A stretch of 64,000 bases of DNA from an uncultured Gammaproteobacteria bacterium (GTDB taxonomy: Bacteria; Patescibacteriota; Microgenomatia; Levybacterales; UBA12049): the NCBI GenBank assembly GCA_964515545.1, contig CAZERI010000002.1, forward strand, positions 277,731 to 341,730. Direction: 5' to 3'. Made by a program: the position numbers and the translations under genes. How positions within the stretch are numbered: the first letter of the stretch is position 1; every line of letters begins with the position of its first letter. This document shows positions 19,434-28,889 of this stretch, one piece after another. Under the pieces are notes generated by a model, which saw only the letters and a list, made by a program, of their open reading frames with translations, ran no database searches and had not been told where the DNA came from.

Positions 19434-20492
19434 ATGAAAAAACCATCTATTTTACTTTGGATAAAGAGACATAAAAAGAGAACACTTGCCTTTGTAGCTA
19501 TAGTACTTCTCCTGGGTATTATTCTCCGGCCAAAACCACCTCAGTCAATTCCCCTTGAGACTGTCTCACGAAATGATATAACTCAGAGCATCTCTGCTTC
19601 AGGGACAGTTTACTCTAATAACTCAGCTACCCTAAATTTTTTAGCAGGGGGTAAACTCGTTTACCTGGGAGTCAAAAAAGGAGATAAAGTACAAAAAGGA
19701 CAAGTAATTGCCACATTAGACCAAAGATCCGCTCAGACTAGTTTAGAAAATGCGCTTATCGACTATAATAAGCAGCGGAATACCTTCGATACAACTCAGG
19801 AAAGTAATGGCAACCGAAAGCCTCAGGATGCGTTGAATGAGGCTATGCGGAGAGTTTTAGAAAACAATCAATACGATCTCAATAAAGCTATTAATTCTGT
19901 CGAACTCCAGTCTCTTGCTAAGGAACAATCGGTTCTTACAACTCCAATCTCTGGAGTTGTCGTAAAGGAAGACGTTACCACAGCAGGAATAAATATTGGC
20001 CCTACTACTACTTTTTCTATTGCTGACACTTCTGATCTTGTCTTTAGAGCAGATGTTGATGAGGCAGATATCGGTAAAGTACAGCCAGGTCAGGAATTGA
20101 GGATAACTTTAGATGCCTTTCCTAATCATCCTATTACTATCTCTATAAATTCTATCGACTACACAAGTCATCTAACCGCTACTGGAGGCACTGCCTTCAC
20201 AGTAGAGGGGACTCTTCCACAAAATAGTGATGAATATCGTATTGGTATGAGTGGGGATGGGGAGATTATTATCACTACCATTAAAAATGTTCCCACCATT
20301 CCTCTCTCAAGCCTCATCGACGATTCGCATGTTTATGTCCAAAAAGGTAAGACTTATGAAAAAAGGACAGTAAAGCTGGGTATTCAATCAGATACTGAGG
20401 CAGAGGTTATAAACGGAGTAAAAATAGGTGAGAAAGTTGCACTTACACCAGACGATGTAGAAAAACAGTTCCCCAAATTAAAATCCGAATAA
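19434..20492 (+). CDS. HlyD/MacA-family periplasmic adaptor (membrane fusion protein)
   Basis: N-terminal TM anchor, biotin-lipoyl-like and beta-barrel MFP segments. First gene of an MFP-ABC-FtsX triad. Confidence 0.7.
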   Translation: MKKPSILLWIKRHKKRTLAFVAIVLLLGIILRPKPPQSIPLETVSRNDITQSISASGTVYSNNSATLNFLAGGKLVYLGVKKGDKVQKGQVIATLDQRSAQTSLENALIDYNKQRNTFDTTQESNGNRKPQDALNEAMRRVLENNQYDLNKAINSVELQSLAKEQSVLTTPISGVVVKEDVTTAGINIGPTTTFSIADTSDLVFRADVDEADIGKVQPGQELRITLDAFPNHPITISINSIDYTSHLTATGGTAFTVEGTLPQNSDEYRIGMSGDGEIIITTIKNVPTIPLSSLIDDSHVYVQKGKTYEKRTVKLGIQSDTEAEVINGVKIGEKVALTPDDVEKQFPKLKSE

Positions 20493-20499
20493 GGTATGC

Positions 20500-21180
20500 A
20501 TGAAAGAAAAATTACTTGCAATAAAACTTACTAATATCTCAAAAGAATATCTCTCAGATGAGATCGTCACTAAAGTTCTTTTTGATGTCAATTTAACAGT
20601 AGGAAAGGGTGAATTCGTGGCTATCACAGGCCCCTCTGGCTCAGGTAAATCAACACTTCTTAATATTTTAGGCCTTTTAGACACCGCTACAAATGGTACA
20701 TATATTCTTAACGCAATCGATGTGACTGATCTTTCTGAAGACGGACAAGCTGACATTAGAAATAGAGAAATAGGATTCGTCTTCCAATCCTTCAACCTTC
20801 TTAAACGTATTACAGTTTTTGAAAACGTGATACTGCCGTCAATTTACAAAGGCACTCCTCAGGAAGAACGAGAAAAAAGGGCCAAAGAACTTCTTTCTGC
20901 AGTTGGACTTGAGGATCAAATGTATAAACGGCCAAATCAGCTTTCCGGAGGACAGCAGCAGCGGGTGGCGATAGCTAGAGCACTTATGAACAAACCTGCT
21001 ATCATTTTAGCGGATGAACCGACAGGTAACCTGGACTCGAAATCTGGAGCAGATATTTTAAGTATTCTTAAGAAGCTCCACAAAGAGGGGAATACTATTA
21101 TTATGATTACTCACGACCTCGGGATTGCTTCTCAGGCAGAGAGGATTGTCTCAATTAGTGATGGGAGGCTCACATCATGA
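20500..21180 (+). CDS. ABC transporter ATP-binding protein (MacB/LolD-type)
   Basis: Walker [10 protein letters not shown], signature [15 protein letters not shown] and Walker B ILADEPT. Confidence 0.9.
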   Translation: MKEKLLAIKLTNISKEYLSDEIVTKVLFDVNLTVGKGEFVAITGPSGSGKSTLLNILGLLDTATNGTYILNAIDVTDLSEDGQADIRNREIGFVFQSFNLLKRITVFENVILPSIYKGTPQEEREKRAKELLSAVGLEDQMYKRPNQLSGGQQQRVAIARALMNKPAIILADEPTGNLDSKSGADILSILKKLHKEGNTIIMITHDLGIASQAERIVSISDGRLTS

Positions 21181-22367
21181 AGCTGCATGAACTGCTTTTA
21201 CTTTCATTCAGCTCGCTTCGCTCTAACAAGCTTCGTACAGCACTCACTACCCTTGGTATCATTATTGGAGTATTTGCAGTCATACTTCTTGTCTCTCTTG
21301 GAACGGGACTTCAAACGTATATTACAGATCAAGTCTCAGGTCTTGGATCCAATCTTATCTTTGTTATCCCGGGGAAAATCGGAGGAGCCAGGACTCCTGG
21401 GGGACAGCAGACAAATAAACTTACTTTTGCTGACACCAAACTTCTTGCATCCAAACTAAAAGATGTAGCTGAGATAGGTCCTGTGATCCAAAAAGCAGCT
21501 ACAGTGAAGTTCCAAAGCAAATCGGATAAAGATACCTCAGTTCTTGGCACCTCGGCTAATTATCCTAAAATAGTTAAAACTAATTTAGTAAAAGGAGCAT
21601 ATTTTACTTCTGCCCAGGAGAGATCAGGAGCAAAAGTAGTCCTTATTGGGCAGACGGTATGGGATAAGCTGTTTCATCTTCAGGATGCTATAGGTAAGCA
21701 GATAAACTTAGCCGGCAACCGCTACACAGTCATAGGAATTCTTGAAAAGAAAGGTTCTGTCTTTGGCATTGACCAGGATAACACTGTCGTTATCCCCATA
21801 ACAACTGCCCAAAGACAATTCGGTGTCACCAACGTAAACAGTATTTATATCTCTGCCCTTAAGCCTGAATTTGTTTCCCTTGTTCAAAGACGTGCAAAGT
21901 CGATTCTTCTTACTCGTCTTACTGAAGATGATTTCACCCTTCAGACTCAGGAACAAACCCTCTCCACAGTCTCAAGTATCACCAATGTTCTGACCATTGC
22001 TCTGGGCGGAATTGCTGCCATTTCTCTTATTGTCGGCGGAATTGGAGTCATGAATATTATGTTAGTATCAGTAACAGAGAGGACCAAAGAAATCGGTCTA
22101 CGAAAAGCCCTCGGAGCAAGACGTATGGATATTCTTAAACAGTTCTTACTTGAGGCAGTTATGCTTTCACTCACCGGAGGAATTATCGGTATTGGGTTGG
22201 GACTTGGAGCATCGTATCTTATCTCTATTTTCTTTGTCTCCCAAGTAACCTGGTGGTCTGTCTTTCTAGCATTTTTCTTCTCAGTCGCAGTTGGAATTAT
22301 CTTTGGGATAACTCCTGCATTTAGAGCATCCCGCCTCTCGCCGATTGAGGCTTTACGGTATGAATAA
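21177..22367 (+). CDS. ABC transporter permease, FtsX/MacB family
   Basis: MacB periplasmic core domain followed by a 4-TM FtsX domain. Start overlaps the ATPase stop. Confidence 0.8.
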   Translation: MKLHELLLLSFSSLRSNKLRTALTTLGIIIGVFAVILLVSLGTGLQTYITDQVSGLGSNLIFVIPGKIGGARTPGGQQTNKLTFADTKLLASKLKDVAEIGPVIQKAATVKFQSKSDKDTSVLGTSANYPKIVKTNLVKGAYFTSAQERSGAKVVLIGQTVWDKLFHLQDAIGKQINLAGNRYTVIGILEKKGSVFGIDQDNTVVIPITTAQRQFGVTNVNSIYISALKPEFVSLVQRRAKSILLTRLTEDDFTLQTQEQTLSTVSSITNVLTIALGGIAAISLIVGGIGVMNIMLVSVTERTKEIGLRKALGARRMDILKQFLLEAVMLSLTGGIIGIGLGLGASYLISIFFVSQVTWWSVFLAFFFSVAVGIIFGITPAFRASRLSPIEALRYE

Positions 22368-23538
22368 AAATATAAAAGTATTCCTCATAATATCTTTAGT
22401 CCTTCTTACAGGGAGTATTTTTTTCTTGAAAAGTGTTTCCAGACCATCACCAAGCCTTAATAATGAAGAAAAATCGCATATTACCAAAAAGACACCTGCT
22501 ATGATGGGTGGAGATCTTCCTTTTGAGCTTCATATCGAGAAAGGATATACCATTGGTCTTTTTGCTACCAATCTTGGGAACGCACGTGACCTTGAATTTA
22601 CTCCAGATGGAACATTACTCACCTCAGTTCCAGAAAGCAGTACTGTTTTTGCTCTTAAAGATGCTGACTCAGATGGGATAGCAGATGGAAAAAAGGCCAT
22701 AATAACAGGAGGAAATGTTGTCCATGGATTAGCCATGAATAACGATAATCTCTATGTAGCTTTAAAAAATAGCGTCCGTCTCTATCACTGGAATGCATCT
22801 TCCCAAACCGCTCAGTTTGTGAAAGAACTCATGACTTATCCAGGTGATCAAAACCATATTTATCGTACCCTTGTCTTTGGGCCGGATAACAAGCTCTATG
22901 TATCTCTTGGTTCCAATTGTAATGTTTGTTATGAGAAAGACGAGGAAGAGGGGACAGTCATTGTAGCGAATGCTGATGGTACCAACCAACGAGTTTTTGC
23001 GAAGGGACAGAGGAATGCTCCTTTTCTAGCATTCAACCTCGCTACACACCAGCTATGGGCAACAGGCATGGGACGTGATTTTTTAGGAGACAATATCCCT
23101 CCTGATGAGATCAATATTCTTCAGGATGGCAAAGACTACGGATGGCCGATTTGCTATGGAGATAAAGTTCACGATATAAATTTTGACAAAAGAACATATG
23201 TTCAAAATCCCTGTACTACTACTGTTTCCCCAATCTATGAAATTCCTGCTCATTCTGCACCGCTTGGCTTAGCTTTCACACCTCCTAATTTTTTGCCGGG
23301 AACAAGCCTTTTGGTCGCTTACCACGGTTCGTGGAATAGATCAACACCAACTGGCTATAAGGTCGTTCGGCTTGAGTTAGCAGGGAATACTGTAGTAAAA
23401 GAGGATGATTTTGTTACAGGCTTTCTTGATAAGGGAGAAGTTAAAGGAAGACCTGTAGATCTTACTTTCGATAAAAAGGGTAACCTCTATATTTCTGATG
23501 ATAGAACAGGGAATATCTATATAGTCTCAAAAAAATAA
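22360..23538 (+). CDS. PQQ-dependent sugar (glucose/sorbosone) dehydrogenase-family beta-propeller protein with N-terminal anchor
   Basis: SGDH-family motifs across six blades (GLAMNND, HGSWNRS..GYKVVRL, DDRTGNIY). ATG at 22360 preferred over 22345. Confidence 0.5.
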   Translation: MNKNIKVFLIISLVLLTGSIFFLKSVSRPSPSLNNEEKSHITKKTPAMMGGDLPFELHIEKGYTIGLFATNLGNARDLEFTPDGTLLTSVPESSTVFALKDADSDGIADGKKAIITGGNVVHGLAMNNDNLYVALKNSVRLYHWNASSQTAQFVKELMTYPGDQNHIYRTLVFGPDNKLYVSLGSNCNVCYEKDEEEGTVIVANADGTNQRVFAKGQRNAPFLAFNLATHQLWATGMGRDFLGDNIPPDEINILQDGKDYGWPICYGDKVHDINFDKRTYVQNPCTTTVSPIYEIPAHSAPLGLAFTPPNFLPGTSLLVAYHGSWNRSTPTGYKVVRLELAGNTVVKEDDFVTGFLDKGEVKGRPVDLTFDKKGNLYISDDRTGNIYIVSKK

Positions 23539-23629
23539 CATAGCTAGTCCACCCAGATAACCGCAAGTCACATTTTTTGCATCTTTTCAGTAATTTGGTA
23601 TACAATAGATACACCCCTGAGTCACTAGT

Positions 23630-24202
23630 ATGGAAAAAATTAGGAAATTTATCAGAAAAACCAGATATTCGTATCGAGCTTTGCCGGATAAGAAGCAGTA
23701 TGTCGAATTCTTTACGGCTGCTCTCACTGTCCCTATGCTTCTGACAGTAATTATTATTAACCTCAATAATCTAAGGAATACGAAGTCAGCCTCACCGACC
23801 CCCACTCCTGTTCAAGATAGACCGATTGTCGTCAATGTTCCGGATTCATCAGGTACAAAAACAGTTACTCAACCTTCAAACAGTGCTTGTACCAAAGGAA
23901 TAGCTCCTATTAGCATCGATTACCCTGATGAGAATGAGACCATTACTGACAACCCTATCCAAATTGATATCAATTACCAGCAAGGAAATTACTGCTCTTC
24001 TGTATGGGCATATCGTATTAATGATGGTAAATTCTCTGACTACGATGACAAATCTATCGCCCTATATAACGTACCCAACGGCACGATCAGATTCCAGCTA
24101 AAAGTTAAAAGTATAGTAACAGGTGAGACCAAGACTCTTACCCGTACTTTTATTTATAAAGGCTCTCAGGACTCTCCGACAGCCTCAGGTTCAGCCAACT
24201 AA
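23630..24202 (+). CDS. Hypothetical membrane-anchored extracytoplasmic protein
   Basis: N-terminal TM (FFTAALTVPMLLTVIIINL) followed by a P/T linker and a Cys-containing domain. Confidence 0.4.
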   Translation: MEKIRKFIRKTRYSYRALPDKKQYVEFFTAALTVPMLLTVIIINLNNLRNTKSASPTPTPVQDRPIVVNVPDSSGTKTVTQPSNSACTKGIAPISIDYPDENETITDNPIQIDINYQQGNYCSSVWAYRINDGKFSDYDDKSIALYNVPNGTIRFQLKVKSIVTGETKTLTRTFIYKGSQDSPTASGSAN

Positions 24203-24206
24203 TACC

Positions 24207-26597
24207 ATGCGTAGAAATTTGCGATCCACACTGACGTTCCTTCTTGGATGGCCGTTCTCTCTGATTGCACTCATATTCTTAACTCGCTCATTCCTCTCCA
24301 AAACTGACGGCCTGACGCTTAACTTCGCACACATCCATATTACCTTTATCATTATTGGTTTTTTATTTTTTGCAGGATATTATTTTCTTCGGAGCTATAT
24401 TTGGTATTCGCTCTTATCATTCCATGGCCACAAGCTGGACTTAGCAGAATCTCTTTTTAATTGGTCTTTTGCCCAGCTCAAACGCTATATCCCCGGAAAT
24501 GTCTGGGGGATTATCGGAGTCTCACTTCATTTCTCTGAAAAAAACGTTTCTAAAAAAGATCTGAGTTCCTCATTTATTACTGAAACAGTTCTCGTCCTTC
24601 TTACCGCTTCTTTCGTATCTCTTCTTGGATTGCCTCTTATTATAACTACCCTTCATCTAACATCATTTGAATCAGTTCTACGAAATAGTGGAATGATTGT
24701 TCTCATCACAGTTACCCTTATCTACTTGTTTTCCGGGTTATTTGTATCACGTATTGCACTTCCTAAAATAGTCTCCTATGCGCTAGCTCCTTTTTCTTTT
24801 TCCCGCTTGGTAACATTGTGGTCATTAATGCTTCTTAGCTTCATTAGTTATGGCGTAGGAACATATTTCATTGTTAGCAGTATAGTGTACATAAATCCCC
24901 ACGACTTCTGGACATTTGTCGGCTATTTTGTATTTAGTCTCCTTCTAGGTTTTGTCTCGTTTATTACTCCTACAGGCCTGGGAGTTAGGGAAGGGGCGAT
25001 GGCACTAGGCTTATCGAGTATCATGGCCTCACCTGTAGCTTCTTTTGTATCTCTTTTTGCCAGACTCATCATGATCGCTGCCGAACTCGTTTTTCTCGCC
25101 TTTGCGTATCTCTTCCATAAAACGAAAAATACTGCTATTAAAAAAGGATTGCAGTGGATCCAGACTCATCCTCAGACAGCTCTGCTTATCCTTGGATATG
25201 TCTGCTTTGTTTTGTATTTTTCCTTCATCAGTTCGCTCCGTTATGAAAATTTTTATGCCGGCAGATTTGATCTTGGCAATATGGAGCAGACTGTGTGGAA
25301 TACCCTCCATGGAAATATATTCCAATTTACTAACCCGAATGGTACGAATATAGTCTCGCGGTTAGCCTTTCATGCGGATTTTATTTTGATCCTTTTTGCC
25401 CCTCTTTATTTTTTTTGGCAGGATCCTCGTATGCTCCTTATATCCCAAACAATTATCACCGGTGGAGGAGCATTTTTTGTCTATCTTCTGGCCAAAGAGA
25501 GTATCAAAAATAAAAATCTGGCACTTCTCTTTGCACTTCTATACCTCTTTAATCCAAGCCTTCAAAGAAGTGTTATTTATGATTTCCACGCAGTAACCCT
25601 TGCGACTACTTTTTTACTTGGGGCATTCTACTGGATGTATAAAAAAAAGTATGGATGGTTTATTCTTTTTTCTATTCTTGCAGCCATTACTAAGGAGCAA
25701 ATCTGGGCTATCATTGCTCTCTTTGGTTTATATATTTTTATTTTCCAAAAAAAGAGACTCCTGGGAAGTCTTATCTTCCTACTCTCATCACTTACTCTCT
25801 ATCTTCTCATTTGGAAGATTATTCCCCTGGCTTCAGGAGGACAGCACTTCGCTCTTTCTTACTACTCAAATGGAGAAGCTGCAAGTAGCCCCACGATACT
25901 TATAGAACAGTTCCTTTTTTATCCAGCTAATACGTTTGGCTTAATCTTCAGTCCGGAAAGACTAAGTTATCTCAATACTCTGTTTGCCCCTCTTGGATAT
26001 CTCGCTGTTTTTGCACCTTTTTTCTTAATTTTTGCTGGCCCAGATCTCACTATTAATCTCCTCAGTACTAAGGCTGAACTTTATCAGATTTATTACCAAT
26101 ATACCGCAGCTATAACTCCTTTTATTTTTATAGCGAGTATTTTTGGTACTGCTTTCATTCTAAGAAGACAGCGTTTTATAACACCATTTATCCTTGGGCT
26201 CTATCTGGTCTTAATAGGTATCTATACTGCTTACCGATATGGACCACTGCCCGGAGCAAAAAGCCCTAATTTAGACATGATAACTAAGGTTACTAATGAT
26301 AAAGATAATATCAACGCAGTCCTTTCCACTATTCCATCCCAATACAGTGTTGCTACAAGTAACAGCCTCGGATCACATGTTACTCACCGAAAGTACCTCT
26401 TTACTATTCCTTATGGATGGGATGACGCCGATTATGTCATTTTCTTAAAAAATGAAACCAATGCATATCCTTCTCTCACAGATCATCTTAGCCAAATTTC
26501 GAAGCTGTCTACTAGTTCAGCCTATCTAAAATACTTTGATGATGGCAACCTTGTCGCATTTAGAAAAAAATCAATTCCCACGCCTCAAGTAAAATAA
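24207..26597 (+). CDS. Fusion integral membrane protein: UPF0104 (LPG-synthase TM/flippase-like) N-terminal region plus DUF2079 C-terminal region
   Basis: GLGVREGAMALGLS (GxGxxE hallmark of UPF0104) at about residue 290. Then FDLGNMEQTVWNTLHG...RLAFHADFILILFAPLYF, which is typical of DUF2079. ATG at 24207 chosen over the overlapping upstream start. Confidence 0.55.
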   Translation: MRRNLRSTLTFLLGWPFSLIALIFLTRSFLSKTDGLTLNFAHIHITFIIIGFLFFAGYYFLRSYIWYSLLSFHGHKLDLAESLFNWSFAQLKRYIPGNVWGIIGVSLHFSEKNVSKKDLSSSFITETVLVLLTASFVSLLGLPLIITTLHLTSFESVLRNSGMIVLITVTLIYLFSGLFVSRIALPKIVSYALAPFSFSRLVTLWSLMLLSFISYGVGTYFIVSSIVYINPHDFWTFVGYFVFSLLLGFVSFITPTGLGVREGAMALGLSSIMASPVASFVSLFARLIMIAAELVFLAFAYLFHKTKNTAIKKGLQWIQTHPQTALLILGYVCFVLYFSFISSLRYENFYAGRFDLGNMEQTVWNTLHGNIFQFTNPNGTNIVSRLAFHADFILILFAPLYFFWQDPRMLLISQTIITGGGAFFVYLLAKESIKNKNLALLFALLYLFNPSLQRSVIYDFHAVTLATTFLLGAFYWMYKKKYGWFILFSILAAITKEQIWAIIALFGLYIFIFQKKRLLGSLIFLLSSLTLYLLIWKIIPLASGGQHFALSYYSNGEAASSPTILIEQFLFYPANTFGLIFSPERLSYLNTLFAPLGYLAVFAPFFLIFAGPDLTINLLSTKAELYQIYYQYTAAITPFIFIASIFGTAFILRRQRFITPFILGLYLVLIGIYTAYRYGPLPGAKSPNLDMITKVTNDKDNINAVLSTIPSQYSVATSNSLGSHVTHRKYLFTIPYGWDDADYVIFLKNETNAYPSLTDHLSQISKLSTSSAYLKYFDDGNLVAFRKKSIPTPQVK

Positions 26598-26635
26598 ATG
26601 TTGTCTTAATCCCCAAAAGCTCTTATCATAGATAT

Positions 26636-27460
26636 ATGGTACAGGTTATAAAGGCTGATGGAAGTACTGAACCGTTCAGTGAAGAGAAAGTACTTCGATC
26701 CATAAAAAGAGCGGGCATTCCTCAGGATCTCCAAAATAAAGTTCTAGAATCAATTAAAACCAAACTTTATGATAATATTCCGACTCATGATATTTATGGA
26801 TTTATTACTGATGCCTTAGCTCATTCTCCTGAGCCTTTCAGTAAAGCACGCTATAGCCTCAAACAGGCAATCATGCTTCTTGGCCCGACAGGATATCCAT
26901 TTGAAGATTTTATAGCGAGGATCTATCAGGAAGAAGGCTATACTACCCAGACCAGGCAAAACTTAATGGGGAAGTGCGTCATGCATGAAATTGACGTGAT
27001 TGCCCAAAAAGATAAGAAAAAGACTCTGATCGAGGCTAAATTTCATAATAATGCTGGAACTCGATCAGAAGTCCAAGTTACCCTTTATATAAATTCCCGT
27101 TTTGAGGATCTCAAAAATAAATACGGCTTCAATGAAGCTTGGCTCGTAACAAATACAAAAGCTACTACTGATGCAATCGCCTATGCTGAATGTGTAGGTA
27201 TGCAGGTAATAAGCTGGAACTATCCTGAAAACAAAAGCTTAAGGGATATGATAGAGGAAAAAAATCTGCATCCTATCACCATGCTTTCTACTTTATCCCT
27301 GCAGCAAAAAGCGCATCTTATGGCAAATCACACAATTATTTGTAAAGATCTTCTAGAGAATGAGAAGCTATTGCATATTCTTAACCTCTCTCATGAAGAA
27401 CGACAACAGGTTCTCACAGAACTCAGATATATCGTAAATAACCACGACCACTCAGATTAA
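26636..27460 (+). CDS. ATP-cone domain fused to a Mrr-like (PD-(D/E)xK) restriction endonuclease domain
   Basis: N-terminus MVQVIKADGSTEPFSEEKVLRSIKRAGIP is ATP-cone. The core HEIDVIAQ...IEAKFH is the Mrr_cat PD-ExK motif. Confidence 0.6.
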   Translation: MVQVIKADGSTEPFSEEKVLRSIKRAGIPQDLQNKVLESIKTKLYDNIPTHDIYGFITDALAHSPEPFSKARYSLKQAIMLLGPTGYPFEDFIARIYQEEGYTTQTRQNLMGKCVMHEIDVIAQKDKKKTLIEAKFHNNAGTRSEVQVTLYINSRFEDLKNKYGFNEAWLVTNTKATTDAIAYAECVGMQVISWNYPENKSLRDMIEEKNLHPITMLSTLSLQQKAHLMANHTIICKDLLENEKLLHILNLSHEERQQVLTELRYIVNNHDHSD

Positions 27461-27478
27461 ATCTGCTACAATGCTCCC

Positions 27479-27991
27479 ATGATAGAGAGCGAAAGACAAA
27501 CCATAATTCCTGATGAGGTTCAGGAGAACCTTGATGGAATTGACCAATTTATCACCGACCTTTTCCCTCAAATTTTTGAGTCTCTCATGGGTATTACCTC
27601 TTTTCGAGATGAACTTCTGAGCAAGGTATATATTTTAAACCAAGAAACAAGCCATTTCATAGTGCGAGCTACTATATCCCACGAGAGTGATGAATACAGC
27701 ATATATTATGGAGCAATAGGCAAGAAAGATAAGGCTTTTGAGATGAGAAAAAATCCTATGGTGTATCGGGACAAGACTACCTTTGAGTCCTTGTTTTGTA
27801 TAACTGACTCTGAGGAAGGTTTTTTTGAAGACTTAGCTGATAACTCAAATAAAAGTATATCTACTAGTAGAAGGGTAGGAAATGTAGTTGTTACTGATTC
27901 AAATGATGTTAATGCGTGTATAGCAGGCGTCAATGCACTTGAACTGCTTGCATCATTTAAGGATTCTTCAGTAACATTTCTTGATGAATAA
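27479..27991 (+). CDS. Hypothetical acidic cytoplasmic protein
   Basis: 170-aa ORF 18 nt after the nuclease gene. No recognisable motif. Confidence 0.4.
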   Translation: MIESERQTIIPDEVQENLDGIDQFITDLFPQIFESLMGITSFRDELLSKVYILNQETSHFIVRATISHESDEYSIYYGAIGKKDKAFEMRKNPMVYRDKTTFESLFCITDSEEGFFEDLADNSNKSISTSRRVGNVVVTDSNDVNACIAGVNALELLASFKDSSVTFLDE

Positions 27992-28430
27992 TTTATTGCT
28001 TTTGGTGACTTTTATAAATTTACTTACAGCTGCGGTTGCTTATCGCAAAGTAAAAAGTAAAAAGTCAATTCTGGCTAAGCCTTATAAAGTATGTGAGATA
28101 TTTGGTTCATTCGTCTGGGCAGATCACGTACTTTTTGGCCCTTTTTGGGTACTAGTCTCACTCATCACCTTCTTACTCCATGATGTGGTACTTTTCTGCC
28201 TGGTATTTAGTCTATTTTGGCTAATAAGAAGCGGAGGAGAGACACTCTATTGGTTTTTTCAGCAGTTTAATCCACGTAGTGGCAATGAGCCAGAGCAGTT
28301 CTGGATACATAGACATGTCCCGGGAGAGGCAGTCTGGTTTATGCATCAAATTTTTTGGCAATGTATTATGGTGATTTCTGCAGTTTTGAGCATTTATCTA
28401 TCATTTATCTGGCTCACTCGTGGAGCGTAG
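27981..28430 (+). CDS. Hypothetical 4-TM membrane protein
   Basis: Overlaps the preceding ORF by 11 nt (coupled). Trp-rich hydrophobic helices. Confidence 0.4.
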   Translation: MMNNLLLLVTFINLLTAAVAYRKVKSKKSILAKPYKVCEIFGSFVWADHVLFGPFWVLVSLITFLLHDVVLFCLVFSLFWLIRSGGETLYWFFQQFNPRSGNEPEQFWIHRHVPGEAVWFMHQIFWQCIMVISAVLSIYLSFIWLTRGA

Positions 28431-28575
28431 ACCTCTTCTTACCCTCGTCTTACTAAGCCTTTATTTTATTCTTAATGGTTGAGTCTACACTATACACATA
28501 CAATGCATAAGACCCGTCCGCCACGCAAGGCGAGCTTGCAAAGGTGCTTCGGGCAGGAAGGAGGTGTAAATAACA

Positions 28576-28830
28576 ATGGATATTCTTTTATGGATAGTTT
28601 TCGGCGCTCTCGCTGGATGGATAGCATCTATGATTATGGGCACTGATGCCGAACAAGGAGCACTCCTTAACATCGTTTTAGGCGTTATCGGTGCAATTGT
28701 CGGAGGATTTGTCGTTAACCTCTTTGGAGCTTCAGGAGTTAATGGATTTAACTTTTATAGTCTCTTAGTAGCAATCCTTGGAGCGGTTATCGTAGTATGG
28801 GTTGCAAAGATGTTTCGCCATACAGCGTAA
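28576..28830 (+). CDS. GlsB/YeaQ/YmgE-family stress-response membrane protein
   Basis: GGAGGTG RBS. MDILLWIVFGALAGWIASMIMG and the GxxxG-rich pattern are typical of the family. Confidence 0.7.
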   Translation: MDILLWIVFGALAGWIASMIMGTDAEQGALLNIVLGVIGAIVGGFVVNLFGASGVNGFNFYSLLVAILGAVIVVWVAKMFRHTA

Positions 28831-28889
28831 AGTCGTCATGAAAAGGGAATCTACCAGACAGGCTGTCCTAGGGATGGCCTGTCTTTAGG

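Noticed and set aside
25029-25905. Small ORFs within or antisense to the 24207-26597 membrane-protein gene
   Set aside because: Nested frames of a hydrophobic gene with no independent signals.
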